From Octopus bimaculoides (lineage: Eukaryota), in contig NC_069006.1 of the NCBI RefSeq assembly GCF_001194135.2, positions 22,839,188 through 22,878,793 on the forward strand: a stretch of 39,606 nucleotides of DNA, written 5' to 3'. The notes below the pieces were generated by a model. It was not told the DNA's origin and ran no database searches. It saw only the letters and a program-made list of their open reading frames with translations. The position numbers and the translations under genes were made by a program. Below are positions 10,515 through 22,597 of the stretch, one piece after another (the stretch's first letter is position 1; every line of letters starts with the position of its first letter).

Positions 10515-11640
10515 AAATAAGTTCTGAGGTTTATATGTATATTTTCATGTATGCTAGTTGCGTCATCTGATAAAATGAGTGTTATTCCATATTCATTACA
10601 ATATTCAGCTCACATTTAATTTTTTAGCATTACTTTAAAAGGTATTTTCTAAGGAGTATAATTTGGAACGCCTTTTGTGTGCAGCGCAACACAGATACAT
10701 GAATAGTAAATATTGCATCTGTGCAGACACAATAAGCCTAACGAGTTGCCGACACATTGGCAGCTATATATGTGTGTGCAGTCATACACATACACTCACA
10801 CATACATGCACACACACACACACACACACATGTATGCATATATGAATGTCTGTGAGTGAGTATGCGTATAGACACACACACACAGTGTAAAAGTACGTCA
10901 GTCTGTTTCGATGATATTGTAGACCAGTTGTTCGAAAAGAACTCAACAACCTTTTTGTCTTAGCATGTAACGTAATATCCCAGACATACGACACAACGTG
11001 TGGTAAAACTGGTCCTTTGAATTACAAATACATTGCCTCCGAAAAGATCTTACCCTTCGTTATGAAGACAATTGTTATCGAAAGGAATAATTTCGATCAA
11101 AAAGATATTCATTAATTAAAATTAACTTTGTGATACTGTGAAGATTCAGTGAGATTGTTATCAGTGCAGTGACTATTCCGAAAATATTTCGTTATTATCA
11201 GAGCTCATTAGCAAAATATAGCCTTCCACTATCAGGTCTTAGTACGATGCGAGAAATGAAGCCTTCCAGAATGAACATTGGATGACGATATAAAAAGAAT
11301 GAGTAAACAATATATCGTTACGTAGACAGTAGGCGACAGCCTACTGATGTTGTAGGGCAACTGCTTTTAAGATTACACTCTTAATGATATACGCTGCGTT
11401 TTCTAATTAGTTTGACTTTAATAAAACATTTTGGATAAAAGAACATAGTTAAATATTTTACATTGGTAAAACACTGAAAAATCGTTGTAGATTTTACATA
11501 TATATATACACATCTTAATTTTTGTCCGGGAAAGATAGAGTGCATTGCACCTCAGTTTATTACTGGTATTTATTTCATAGAAGGCTTTCAATTCGGCACC
11601 CTACTGTTTCTACTTATTTTACGAATTAAAGTTAATAATT

Positions 11641-11851
11641 CTTTCTACAAGGTACAAGGCCAGAAAATTTGTTGGGTGGGGGCTGGTCGATTACATCAAC
11701 CCTTGTACGTAACTGGTACTTATTTTATCAACCCCGAAAGGATGAAAAACAAAGTTGACTTCGGCGGAATTTTAACTCAGAACGTTACGAGTGGGCGAAA
11801 TACTGCAAAGCATTTTGTCCAACGCGCTAATGATTCTGCGAGCACGCCGCC
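11641..11851 (-). mobile_element. tRNA-derived SINE, full length (ggcgagctggcagaa family)
   Basis: Reverse complement of the family consensus: acaaggccagaaaattt...gtcgattacatc...ccccgaaaggatgaaa...cggcggaattttaactcagaacg...ctgcgagcacgccgcc. Confidence 0.85.
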
Positions 11852-11862
11852 ATTTTAATGAT

Positions 11863-12078
11863 GGTTTCAAATTTGAACACAAGGCTAGCAATTTTAGGGG
11901 AGGGAATAGTTGATCGTGCCGACCAAAGAACTTGAATGGTACTTTATGTTATCGATTCTGGGTGGGACGAACGACAAATGTGACTTCGGTGAGATTTGAA
12001 CTTAGAATGTAAAGAGCCGGAACAAATACAACGCGAGATTTTTTGCGACGTTCTAACAATACAGCTAGCTAACCGACG
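11863..12078 (-). mobile_element. Older, more diverged copy of the same SINE, in tandem with 11641-11851
   Basis: acaaggctagcaattttagggg...gagatttgaacttagaatgtaaagagccggaacaaatac...ttctaacaatacagctagct. Confidence 0.75.
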
Positions 12079-12270
12079 ATGGTTTATTTACCACAAGGGC
12101 ATCAGAGGAAGAAGACATTATAGCATTTTGATAAATTAACCATGTATTTAAAGTAACCCCACCCGCCGCACAGGTTTGCGTTAGTCATCGGAAAAACAAA
12201 CCCGCTCTCTTGTTATCTTCAGGGATAGGGGGTAAACTATTTTTAGCTTTGCAAAAACATCAATAGTGAG

Positions 12271-12342
12271 TTTAGCGACATTACTGGTGTTTTTAATGAT
12301 ATCAATGGTATTTTAGCGACATTAACGGTGTTTTTGGCGACA
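12271..12342. repeat. Minisatellite with a 20-21 bp unit (ttagcgacatta(c/a)(t/c)ggtgttt), about 3.5 copies
   Basis: gcgaca recurs at 12275, 12316 and 12337, with a diverged unit (ttaatgatatcaatggtattt) between the first two. Confidence 0.7.
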
Positions 12343-13814
12343 AAAAATAGACACTGCTTTACACTTGACTCTATTTTTATTAATAGGTTAGGGATCTTTG
12401 AAATTCTTCAACTGGTCACCAGATGTTAAACTGATGTGTGTGTGTGTGCATACGCGCGCGCGTCTTCACTTGTGTGTGTGAGTGTAAATTCAAGTTGTTT
12501 ATAGTATCACCTGTGGTGAAGCCCATATCCCATTGTATCGTTGGGTCACCAACGGAGATTCACCTATATTTACATTGTATCGAGGACGGGTTATTTTGGT
12601 GGATCCTATCCCACGCAAATTGTTTTAATGGCAAGTAGCTGGCAATCTTTTTTGTCTGTTGAAAGTACCTGAGTTCTCAACTCGTGGCAATCTCACACTG
12701 CATTTCACTGTCGATCGAAAACTGTAACTGGCATTCACCATATATTTTATTAAAGTGTTTAACTGGATTCGGGTTAATTCATATTATTTATATAGCTTAG
12801 TATATACTTTTATGTAGATGAGATGCGAAGTGCTTGTAACTAGCTTGTGTAAGGTTCATACAGCATATACTAGCATAATTTGATGCAGAATATTACATTA
12901 ATTGCTTGAAAAAACATCAATACATAAAAGTGCTCATATAAGCATTTCTTCTCGGACAGTAAAATATCCGGTTATTGTATGCGTACACCGAAATGGACAG
13001 AATGTAGTGGGTTGTTATGTCTATTTTGTTTTGTTAATTTTGAAGGGAGATGACTGGCTTTCTCACAGGTTCCATTAACTAGATTCCACTCACAGGATAT
13101 TAGTCAAAGGTACTTTTCTGAAGATAACATGCGGGAGGAACCATATGATTGTGACGAACTTTTTAGCAACACAGCCGTGCCGATACCATAAACAAAACAA
13201 AAATTATATTTCTGGAGAATGAAGTAATTACCTATCACATGATGCGTAAATAACGAAGGACCGATACATCACATAAAAATTACAGCGATGACTATCTTAT
13301 TTGATAATGAGGACATTTCCACATGTTTGTTTATGACTGCTTGTGGAAGGATGTGCGTGTGTAAGCGCTGACACTCTGGGAAACACCCACATTCAGCATA
13401 ACTACATGTTCACACAGCTTCCAGTGTTGAATACACTGAAACTGTTATCAGAGCCCGGTATCTATGATATTATGCTGTGTTGACAGAATACGTTGGCACA
13501 ATGTTTCCAGATCTCTCTAATAGATCTTTCTTAACTCCTGCAAACAACATTTACCAGACATCGCCCAATGTTCTTAGAATGCACAAATATTGCTGCAAGA
13601 AACTTTCACTCTAATTATGTTATCTCTAAGTGCTCCCCTTCCGCTTCCTATGAACTCGTGTTAGTAAGACTAAAGTGTGAAAACATGCGGACACATATAC
13701 GCGCGCGCGTGTGTAATTATAGTTAATCAGAGAGTATCAGCATGAACCTCAATTATACTATGCAAAGCAAATATAGACATCCTACCATAATTTAGCTCGC
13801 AAAATATCGATAAG

Positions 13815-14215
13815 CCTAATCATTAAACGAACACTAGCCAGAGGACATAGGATTGTCCTCTTTGGTGTCCAGAGGTAATGGAAAGAGGCCTGATGCACTC
13901 AATTTTTCATGGGCTTGGGGTAGATGCTTCTTATGAGACGTCTCCGTTGCCAACTCATGTTCTATCACATGCCTTAAAACTGGAGTTACTACGTCAATAA
14001 CAGGACGAAATAAAGCGCTGAAAAGACAGTAATTTATCGGTAAATTACATTTTTCAGTCTATGGGACTTTTAAGACGTTGCAGGGTGCTGGACTGCAGGT
14101 AAGAAGTTTTGGGCATTAAGTTTTTTGGTCCCATCGCACTGATCTTGAGAGGATGACTAGTTGTACCAGTTCCTCAGTCTCGCAATCACCTATGGTAAAT
14201 CTCTGAATGTCTTGT
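13815..14215 (+). mobile_element. Degraded RLE-type (CRE/NeSL-like) non-LTR retrotransposon, 3' endonuclease region
   Basis: Across frameshifts: LIIKRTLARG..., GNGKRPDALNFSWAWGRCFL*DVSV, FKTLQGAG, LYQFLSLAITYGKSLNVL. Order and spacing fit the GKRPDG..PW..G..L.WD / ETLG.WG / L.QRLS.AIQRGNAA.V motifs of RLE-clade ORFs (from memory). Confidence 0.7.
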
Positions 14216-17200
14216 GATGACTCGAAAAGTTTTAGAGGCGAACACCGGTTTTTCCTGCCGTGATGTATAATTCAATAGACTATTTGTGTTTCTTTTTTAT
14301 TATTTATTCATTGGTCTCCTTTTTCTTCTACTCTTTACTTTTGTAAATTTATAATGCAATTGTTTTTAATATAATAATATATAATATAACAAAATAATTT
14401 AATACAATATAATATAATAATAATGTATTGTAATACAGTTTAATATAATGGTAAAATAATTTCATTTCACATAAAAGTAAAATGAACCGAATTTTATCTT
14501 TTATTAGCTTTCTTTCTCAGCACTTAATATAGAAATGGCTCGACAAGTCTTCAGGATTTTAAAAGGCTTCCGATAGATTTTTGTGGTTAGATGGTCACAT
14601 AATAAGTTATTTAAAATTAAGTTACACAAAAGGCTTTTGTCACAATTCCCATAGAAACTCCGCCCTATTTGTGAATTTCCCCTCATTAATTCATTTCTAT
14701 ACTGGTATGTATGTTTGTATGTCATTGTTCAGTTTTATTTCAAGATTTCTTGCAAATAGAGAAAGAGCCGGTATGTATGTACGTACGCACGCACGCAAGT
14801 TTGTGTGTGTGTAATTTTATCCTTTTTAATCAGTAATTAGGAAAGTCAAAAGAAAGAAACGAAGGCCACATTGTGCTTCTAGCTTTAATAAATAAACAAT
14901 ACTCATTATATGATAGTCTTTATTCTGGTTTGTAGACTTCTTTTTTCTGTTCTGGCGAACAAAAACATTCTCTCACAGACACACATACGACTAAAACAAG
15001 GATATGTGTGGTGTGATTGTGTGCTGGTGATTGTGTGTGTGTGTGTGTGTGTGTGTGTATAACCAGTAGTTCATATATGTGGGGAGGGGGGAAGCACACT
15101 CTAAAACATTAGGGTGGTAATATATATTTTTAGAAGGCTGTTACGACCGCTCTGAGAGTGACCATTGGTTTCGCACCTATAAAGCACTTAGCTGTACAGG
15201 TAACTCGTCAGACTCTAATGGCCGTATGTATGGATGTAGACCTAGCTTACCGATATTGATCGTTTTAAATTATAAAAATAGAAACTTATTTGTTAATTGC
15301 GCAAAATGCTAAACATTCATATTGATTGCTTTAAAAGTTTAATTATCATTATTGTTTTTGATCTAGGCACAATTTTGAGGGGGCGAAAATTTGTTATTTT
15401 CCTTGGTCACTTAGTTACTTTGACTATTGAAGTAGGCCATATTGTTTTCACATTCGTTCGGCTACTCTTTGATCTTAAAATAATTTTGAAATGATGGAGG
15501 CAAAATCCAAAAGCTGAAGAACATGAACTAACAATGAAAACCCTTGTTTAATTCTTTTTTCCACAAAGAAATCGACGAAAGCCTTTCACATACAAATCTC
15601 TATCACCACCACCACCACCACCAGACTTTCGTGTTTCGAGATCCAGATTTCAACCGTAGAAATAAATATTGCAGCAGATTTGACTAAATTTCTGGCCTGC
15701 TATCGTAAAACGTATAAAGAGAAGTTAGACTTTAATGGAAACAAGGAACTCTTGACGCATTTATAAAGGAGAAAAGAGACCCCTTCTGTTTCACGTGAAC
15801 AGCGAAACTAAATCGAACGGTGAACTAAAACAAGTAATAAATGTCAAGTAATAAAGATAACTGGAGGCAATTGAACCTAATCGTCATTTATAACATCATT
15901 TCTATGTAAATTAAATTAGGCGTTTGGAACTAACCGAATCGTTGAGGTAACCTTCGCTCGCGCGCGCACACACACACGCAGCCCGTGTTCCGTGAGACTA
16001 CAACCTAGCTTAATTATGCTATTGGAGATCGTGGGTGTGGTAGATCTGTTAATTCCCTGCTGAAAGAATCGGTTGCAGAAAGGATCGCAATTGATATGAA
16101 CGAAAATACGAGGTAGGGGTACGGAATGAGATGCTAATATAGATGAAGAAAGATAAATTTATTTAGATAAATAATATAAAACGCATGAAATATTATTTAT
16201 CATATCAGCAAAAAGCATCGGGAATTATATAACTTAAGTATCTACAAACTCATTTCGATTAAGGTCTCTGCAATTTGATATTTATGTCAAAAAACAAAAA
16301 AAAAAAAAAATGAAATGTTAGAAAAATGTACTGTAAACAACACAAAGCAAAAAGCAAGAAAAAACCTAATCATCACGTGCAGTAAGCACAAAATTTATTG
16401 TAAGAAATGGGAGGGGAATGTGTGAAAAGCAAAATATAAAGAATAGAAAGAGCGTGAGTGAGGGGTGACTTGTGAAGACACGAAAGAAGATAAAATGCCT
16501 AAATTAGGTATAAGAAAAACGAAGCACCTGAATATGAGATCCCAGTTTGGTGTGTAACGAGGTGTGCTAAATTTACTAGATGTAACGGGCATGAAGAGAA
16601 AACAGAATCTGTCGATTTAGTGTTTTAGCTACCTACCAGTATTTTTTATTATGTAAAATTCCATGTTACTTTTTTGAATTACCAAACAAGTCTGAGATAA
16701 AACTAATTACAAAGAATTCATTAGAAAGCGTTGTAAATGAATTCTACTTTTTTGGGCAGTAGAGTTATATATAAATTATATGCAAGGAATTTCAATTCGA
16801 AAGGATTAGGTTTTTTTTATTAGTCTTGTTATTGTTTTAATTTTTGGTTCTTAATATTTTTCGTATTCATATTTGTTTGGCTTGTGACGATCTAAAAACA
16901 AGTATTGAAACTGAAAGAATCTTTTTGTGCATGAGTCATTTTAGCCGACTAATAACACACAAAAACTGTTACATTTATTTTTAGTTTATGTCTCAATACT
17001 TCTGTCTGTTGTTAAGTTTCAAAGTTTTGTCGTACTCCTGCGGCCATACTGAAACAATTCTTTGCATCATTTGAGATGCAGTGGATGTGCATCAGTGATT
17101 AGATAAAAATAGATTTTTGAAACTGAAATAGAACATTAAACTCAGAAATTCCGTTTAATTAATAAAATCTCATTTTTTTTACCACTAGTTTAAAATTCAG

Positions 17201-18237
17201 TTTAGGCTTCTATTTTTATATTTATATTTAAGTAGGAATTTCAATTCAGGTTTCATTTTTTTTCTTCTTCTATTAAATCTTCATTTTAGAATTTCTGGCT
17301 AGAAAATTAAACGAAATGAAAAATAAAAATTGGAATTTTGTATTCTTGGATATAATTATAATTATAATAATTCTTGCTAATTTTCGCACAAGGCCAGCAA
17401 GTTTTAAGTAAAACTGGTGCTTCAGATGAGCTGATAATCACTTCGCTGAAATTTAAATAAATAAATAAATGCGCACAACTGGATGTAAAATCACGAATGG
17501 AATAAACTAAACGCAACTCTGTTGGATGCGATGTTTATCATCACCTTCCTTATCATTGCTTCCAATGTTTGTGTGTTTATAACTGATACAAAACACAGTT
17601 CTTTCTGTAAACGGTTCACAAAGAAATCCTCTTGTTTCCTGGCAGTGTTCCTCCTCTCTTTGTCGCATTAACAGCAATCTGGTTTTATTTTATCTTTTCC
17701 TTGACAGTAATGTTATGTCGATAAAGTTTCAAACACGGTGTGGAAAAGGATGCTTATTAATCTTACAGAGTGGGTAATATTTCACTTTCTCTATAACTTC
17801 CGTTCCTTTTTTCGGAAGTATAATTTTTTTTAAATACAGTTAAAAGGAAATTGTTAAAATACGCCCTCCTCGGAATTTTAGAGCAAAGGTTTTTCAAATG
17901 ACGCCCAATATTAAGCATTTAAATTCCGAACGGAGAACATTCAAGGAAAAAAAACACTAAATCTTGCTTTTGCTTCTCACTGCAACCATTTCCTGTGTCT
18001 GCTCAGCATCTGTTTTCATACACGACATTTCCTCATCATTTCTTCATGGTTTCTCATCATTTCCTCCTTTGCGGCACTTGGTTATTTTTTTGTTTTGTTT
18101 GTTTATCTTTTTGTGTGTCACAAGTTGTACACGAGGATCTTTTTTAAAACAAAAAAGATCCCTTATTTCACTGTAGCTCTTTTTGTCTCAGCACTAATTT
18201 ACAAGACAAAGTGTCAGAGCATGAACACAACACGAGT

Positions 18238-18275
<38 letters not shown>

Positions 18276-19199
18276 ACTAGCGTTAGTTTCGATAGTGGTG
18301 AATTAGTTAATAACAATGCTGGTTGTAGTAATAGAAGATGAAAAGGAGATAGTAAAGAAGCCAATGATGGGAAAACAAACAAACGTGTTCGGTGGTTTTA
18401 ATTCCTAACTTCAGTTCCAATTACAATTTTGTAAGATTTAAGGTCACGTTATGTGAAATATATATATGTGTGTGTGTGTTTTCTAGTCGCATATTTAGGA
18501 TTACGTTATAGAATGTTTTTCCTATTTATAACTATATATATAGTTTTGTGTATATGTTGTGCTACAAACACATGAAAGGGCTCAAACAAAGTTTATGTTG
18601 AAAGACTAAAGAGTCTTATATATTTATGCGAGATAAGCAGATATTATATTTCTGAACCCTTGTTTTATTTGGTCATTCGACCGAGCACGCCAGCGTGTTG
18701 GAATGCAATAGATTGCTTCTAGTCGGTGTTAAATCGTGTAGATCGGCTGTTATCGTCTGTCATATATCAGTTTGATCTTTGAAATTCCGAAGGAAAAATT
18801 TGGGTATGTCAGCAAATCAAAATTAACTTGTTTTTCTTTTTATATTTTTACTTAAGATTAAATTAGAACAATGAATGATGTGGAACTTGACTAAGGGGCA
18901 GAGTTCACAGAAAATTGGTACGTTGTTAAATGCTTGTACTTTATTTAAACACTGATCATGGATATGCTAGTGATCACCTATTTACCTTACTATTTCCAGA
19001 TGTTCTTCGAAAACGTTAGTGATTTTGCAGGTAATATTGATAGAACGGGTTTTGTGCTGGCGATTCTTGAAGGAGAGCTTTAAGCTGTATGTAGCACGTT
19101 GATATGTTACTAGCAGAAACGTCATTTCATTATGCAATATTTTTCTTAAGGCATTTGACCTTTAGTGGACAACGTTTGGTTACAATACATTTGTATTGC

Positions 19200-19345
19200 G
19201 GTTCTCGACTGCCTTGACTATTTCGTCCTTTTTAGCAGTGTCTAGGACCACATTATCCAATGTATCCGTATTGAAGATATTCGGGTGTAATATGAAGAAG
19301 GTAGCGCTTCTTTTTCGAGCAGGTCAAGCATACACAGGTTTTCAC
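19200..19345. mobile_element. SINE-like repeat remnant (ggac(c/t)acattatccaat...gatttgagggagattt.gctgctatttctagcagg family)
   Basis: aggaccacattatccaat here matches aggactacattatccaat (minus strand, 38255-38272). Downstream gggtgtaatatgaagaag...ttcgagcaggtc resembles gtgtgattgagggagatttagctgctatttctagcagg at about 37333-37370. Confidence 0.55.
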
Positions 19346-19407
19346 ATTAGCTCGTGGCACAGATTCACGGTCTTTCAGTATTATGATACCCTAGATAAGC
19401 ACGCACG

Positions 19408-19442
<35 letters not shown>

Positions 19443-19513
19443 CAAAAGATGACATAGTGGAGACTGAACAGTTCGGTTCATTTAAAATGCGTTGCAAGAC
19501 TATTAACATAGCT

Positions 19514-19572
19514 TATCTTTAACTTCCTTATCTTTCGAAAAACTCACAGACTGGGTGCAAACTTCAAAGTCA
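19514..19572 (+). repeat. 59-bp exact direct repeat (second copy at 20174-20232)
   Basis: tatctttaacttccttatctttcgaaaaactcacagactgggtgcaaacttcaaagtca occurs identically at both sites. The second copy begins at the edge of an N-gap. Confidence 0.95.
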
Positions 19573-19734
19573 TAGGTTAAAAGATTGAGTCACTGGCTCA
19601 GTGGGGATAGAATTATATTGACAGAGTGAGGACCTACAAACGTCACCAGTTGACACATACCAGATGTCATTAGAAAAAAGAGGAAATGAATAATGGTTAC
19701 ACATATTTATATAAGCTATACCCACTGATGCGCA

Positions 19735-19909
19735 TGTATATATATATATATATATATATATATGTGAGAGAGAAAGAGAGAGAGAGAGACGGGTGTCGCG
19801 TACACACACACACACACACACACACAGAGGGATATGTGGGTGTAATCATCTTTCCTCTTCCTCCTAATAACAAAAGCGCACATTTATACGCCTACTTAAG
19901 TATATACAT

Positions 19910-19962
<53 letters not shown>

Positions 19963-20074
19963 TATATATACATATATACACACACACATATATATATATA
20001 TACATATATACACACACACACATATATATATATATATACACACACATATATATATATATATACACACACATATA
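19735..20074. repeat. Compound microsatellite block: (TA)n, (GA)n, (CA)n and alternating (CA)n(TA)m units
   Basis: Visible directly; runs into the gap at 20075. Source of ORFs 19570..19821, 19686..20324, 19864..20067 and 19896..20207. Confidence 0.95.
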
Positions 20075-21267
20075 NNNNNNNNNNNNNNNNNNNNNNNNNN
20101 NNNNNNNNNNNNNNNNNNNNNNNNNNNNNNNNNNNNNNNNNNNNNNNNNNNNNNNNNNNNNNNNNNNNNNNNNTATCTTTAACTTCCTTATCTTTCGAAA
20201 AACTCACAGACTGGGTGCAAACTTCAAAGTCACAGTCACCGTTTTTGTAGGAAAAGTTAAATATTGTATCAAACTAAAAAGTAAGACGGTAATACTTCAG
20301 TTTAATATTCATCTTTATATATAATTAAACATAGAAGCAAACATTAACCTCTGTATTTCAATACTGGTGAAATTTTACTCGCAAGCATAGACTCCCTAAT
20401 TCATTGCTACACAGCTGCTCAATCTGCTAGAAATAATATCTAGAATTTGCCGCAAATCATAAAGTACAACATTTTAAACCTTAAAAATCCGGCACATTTG
20501 AATAATGGTACAAGAAAACAAACGATTGGGTTGCCAGTTTGCAAAAATTTTGATCGTCTGCTAGTCAGGGCTTACGTAGGACCAACCAATAATAATAAGA
20601 AGAAAAAAACAAATTAATAGAAAATGTCTACAATGCTTGAATTTAGTTTCGTCGTCGGTACACTAGAACGAAAGGGTTGAGTGAGTATGTGTGAGTGGTA
20701 AAAAGAAAGGGAGATATTAAAAGAGAAAAAGAGACAGAAGAGAGAGAGAGAGAAATGAGTTAACCTTCACACATAGACAGACAGACAGACACGCACACAC
20801 ACGTGTGTGAGTCATTCGCAACATCCGTCCTTTCACCATGTTTAGGCATCAGATCTGCTTACACAACCAATCTCTTCGGTTGAGGTTGATGTACTGCTGG
20901 TGCTGCTACTGCTTCTGTGGGTGATGCTCATCCCACATCCGCCCTGATTCCTGCTTCTAAATTTCTAAACACACGCACACGTAAAAACATGCGTACGTTT
21001 ATGTATATGTGTGTGTGTGTGTGTGAGTCTATAAGTTTATGTGTGTGTATTATATATATACATACATTTATTTAACACACACTTATGTGAATGCGTGTGT
21101 TACTTTATATACAAAATATTCATATATAAAATGCACCATTTTATATACACATATACATGCTTATATCACACACACGTATATATTGTATAAATATAATATA
21201 TATGTGACATATATTTAATTATATGTGCATATGCATATATGCACACACATACGCACAAACACATATA

Positions 21268-21430
21268 TAGGCCCTTGCATGGCTGTGTAAAGTTCGCTTC
21301 GCAACCAGGTACTCTCAGGTTCAGTCCCGCTACGCGGCACCTTGGGAGACGTCTACTGCCAAAGGCAGACGAGTGCCTTACAAAGTAGTTTGTTAAATTT
21401 GAAAACTGCGCGGAAATTTGTTGCACATGC
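21268..21430 (+). mobile_element. tRNA-type SINE (gtggctgtgtggtaagaag...ttcccaaccacatgg family), diverged
   Basis: gcatggctgtgtaaagttcgcttcgcaaccagg...ggttcagtccc (B-box-like)...ggcaccttggg. Confidence 0.7.
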
Positions 21431-21644
21431 TATGCGTGTATACATGTAAGTATGCGATTGGTTTTCGCAACCAGTATTGGTTTGTTAGGTTCGAGGCGAG
21501 TATTGTACCTGATTAAAAGTTGGTTGCAGAATCGACTGGCAATGAATCTCTCAAGGCAATGAACCAGCATGGATGTGTAGTTAAGAAGCTCGCTTTGCAG
21601 CCACGTGGTGTTTTATGCGTGTATGTACATGTGCGCGCGCGCGC

Positions 21645-21795
21645 TGCAATGTGGTATGAAGTTTGCTTCCCAACCACATGGTTCCAGGTGCAGTCCCACT
21701 GCGTCACACCTTGAACAGTATCTTTTACCGTACCTTCGGGCCGACCAATGTCTCGTGAGTGGATTTGATAGACAGTAACTGAAAGAAGGCTGCTG
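21645..21795 (+). mobile_element. Same SINE family, better preserved
   Basis: gtggtatgaagtttgcttcccaaccacatggttccaggtgcagtcccactgcgtcacaccttg...cgggccgaccaatgtctcgtgagtggatttgatagacagtaactgaaagaagg, followed by a microsatellite tail. Confidence 0.8.
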
Positions 21796-21811
21796 CGTGT
21801 GCGAGCGTGTA

Positions 21812-21845
<34 letters not shown>

Positions 21846-21920
21846 AATAATATATAGATATATGTATATATCCATACATATATGTACATACCTACATCTA
21901 TATGTATGCATACATGCATA

Positions 21921-22255
21921 TATGGGTACAGGACATCAAAAAACGTTAAACACAATGAGAAACGAAAACATAAAAAACGAAAACATAGAAAACGAACTTT
22001 TTTCGAACAACGAATAAAACAGAGAAATAAGACATGCAACATAAAGAGTACACCCCTTCATCAGTTGTCCCTGTTTCATCTACTTCGTGTTTCGAAGGCA
22101 AGGACAATACGCGACTTCGCTGAAACAGTTCTTCCCGCAAAGCAAATTAAATAAAATTTGGGATTTTTTGCGGAGGGTAAAAGTGTTAACAAGAACAGGA
22201 CAGTGAGAACAAGACAGTAAAAACAAACGGTGAGGGCTGTTGAGCTAAGACGATA
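21921..22255 (-). mobile_element. Penelope-like element terminal-repeat/3' fragment (non-coding)
   Basis: tatgggtacaggac...cccttcatcagttgtc...ataaaatttgggattt...aacaggacagtg matches the terminal region of an octopus Penelope-like element as I recall it. A related piece lies at 23710-23770 (gaacgacccttcgttctttgtc). No RT or GIY-YIG coding remnant is visible. Confidence 0.5.
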
Positions 22256-22326
22256 GAAAATACATATGTATGTATGTATGTATGTGTGCGTGTATGTGTA
22301 CGCGCGCGCGCTTCTTTGTGCCTGTA

Positions 22327-22545
22327 TTTACGTCCCCGTAATTCGTGAACATAGACCGGTAGAATAAATACCAGGCTTAAAATAAGTAAGGCCTAAAATC
22401 GATTCGTTCGACTAATATCTTTTAGCTGTTTCAATCATTAAACTTACGACCATGCTGGGGCAGCGCCTTGAAAGATTTTAGCCAAACCACTAAGTTACGG
22501 GGACATAAACTGGCTAACTCCAGTTGACATGCAGTAGTGAAGGAC
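22327..22545. mobile_element. Two oppositely oriented partial copies of a further SINE family (...ccatgctgg.gca.cgccttgaa...taagttacggggac.taaac)
   Basis: 22327-22415 and 22420-22545 share the inverted segment tttacgtccccgtaa (22327-22341) / ttacggggacataaa (22495-22509). Confidence 0.6.
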
Positions 22546-22553
22546 AGCCACAA

Positions 22554-22594
<41 letters not shown>

Positions 22595-22597
<3 letters not shown>

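Noticed and set aside
17975-18060. Minus-strand MSCMKTDAEQTQEMVA with a gtgaga donor, a possible first exon
   Set aside because: Arises from short gaaatgatgag repeats, has no compatible partner, and lies far outside the CpG-depleted gene body.
19196-19522. 108-aa plus-strand ORF and a protein-like antisense frame (NIFNTDTLDNVVLDTAKKDEIVKAVENR)
   Set aside because: Overlaps a SINE remnant and a (CA)n tract.
20860-20960. Minus-strand exon-like MSITHRSSSSTSSTSTSTEEIGC|gtaagc
   Set aside because: Derived from degenerate (AGC)n, with a weak acceptor and no linked exons.
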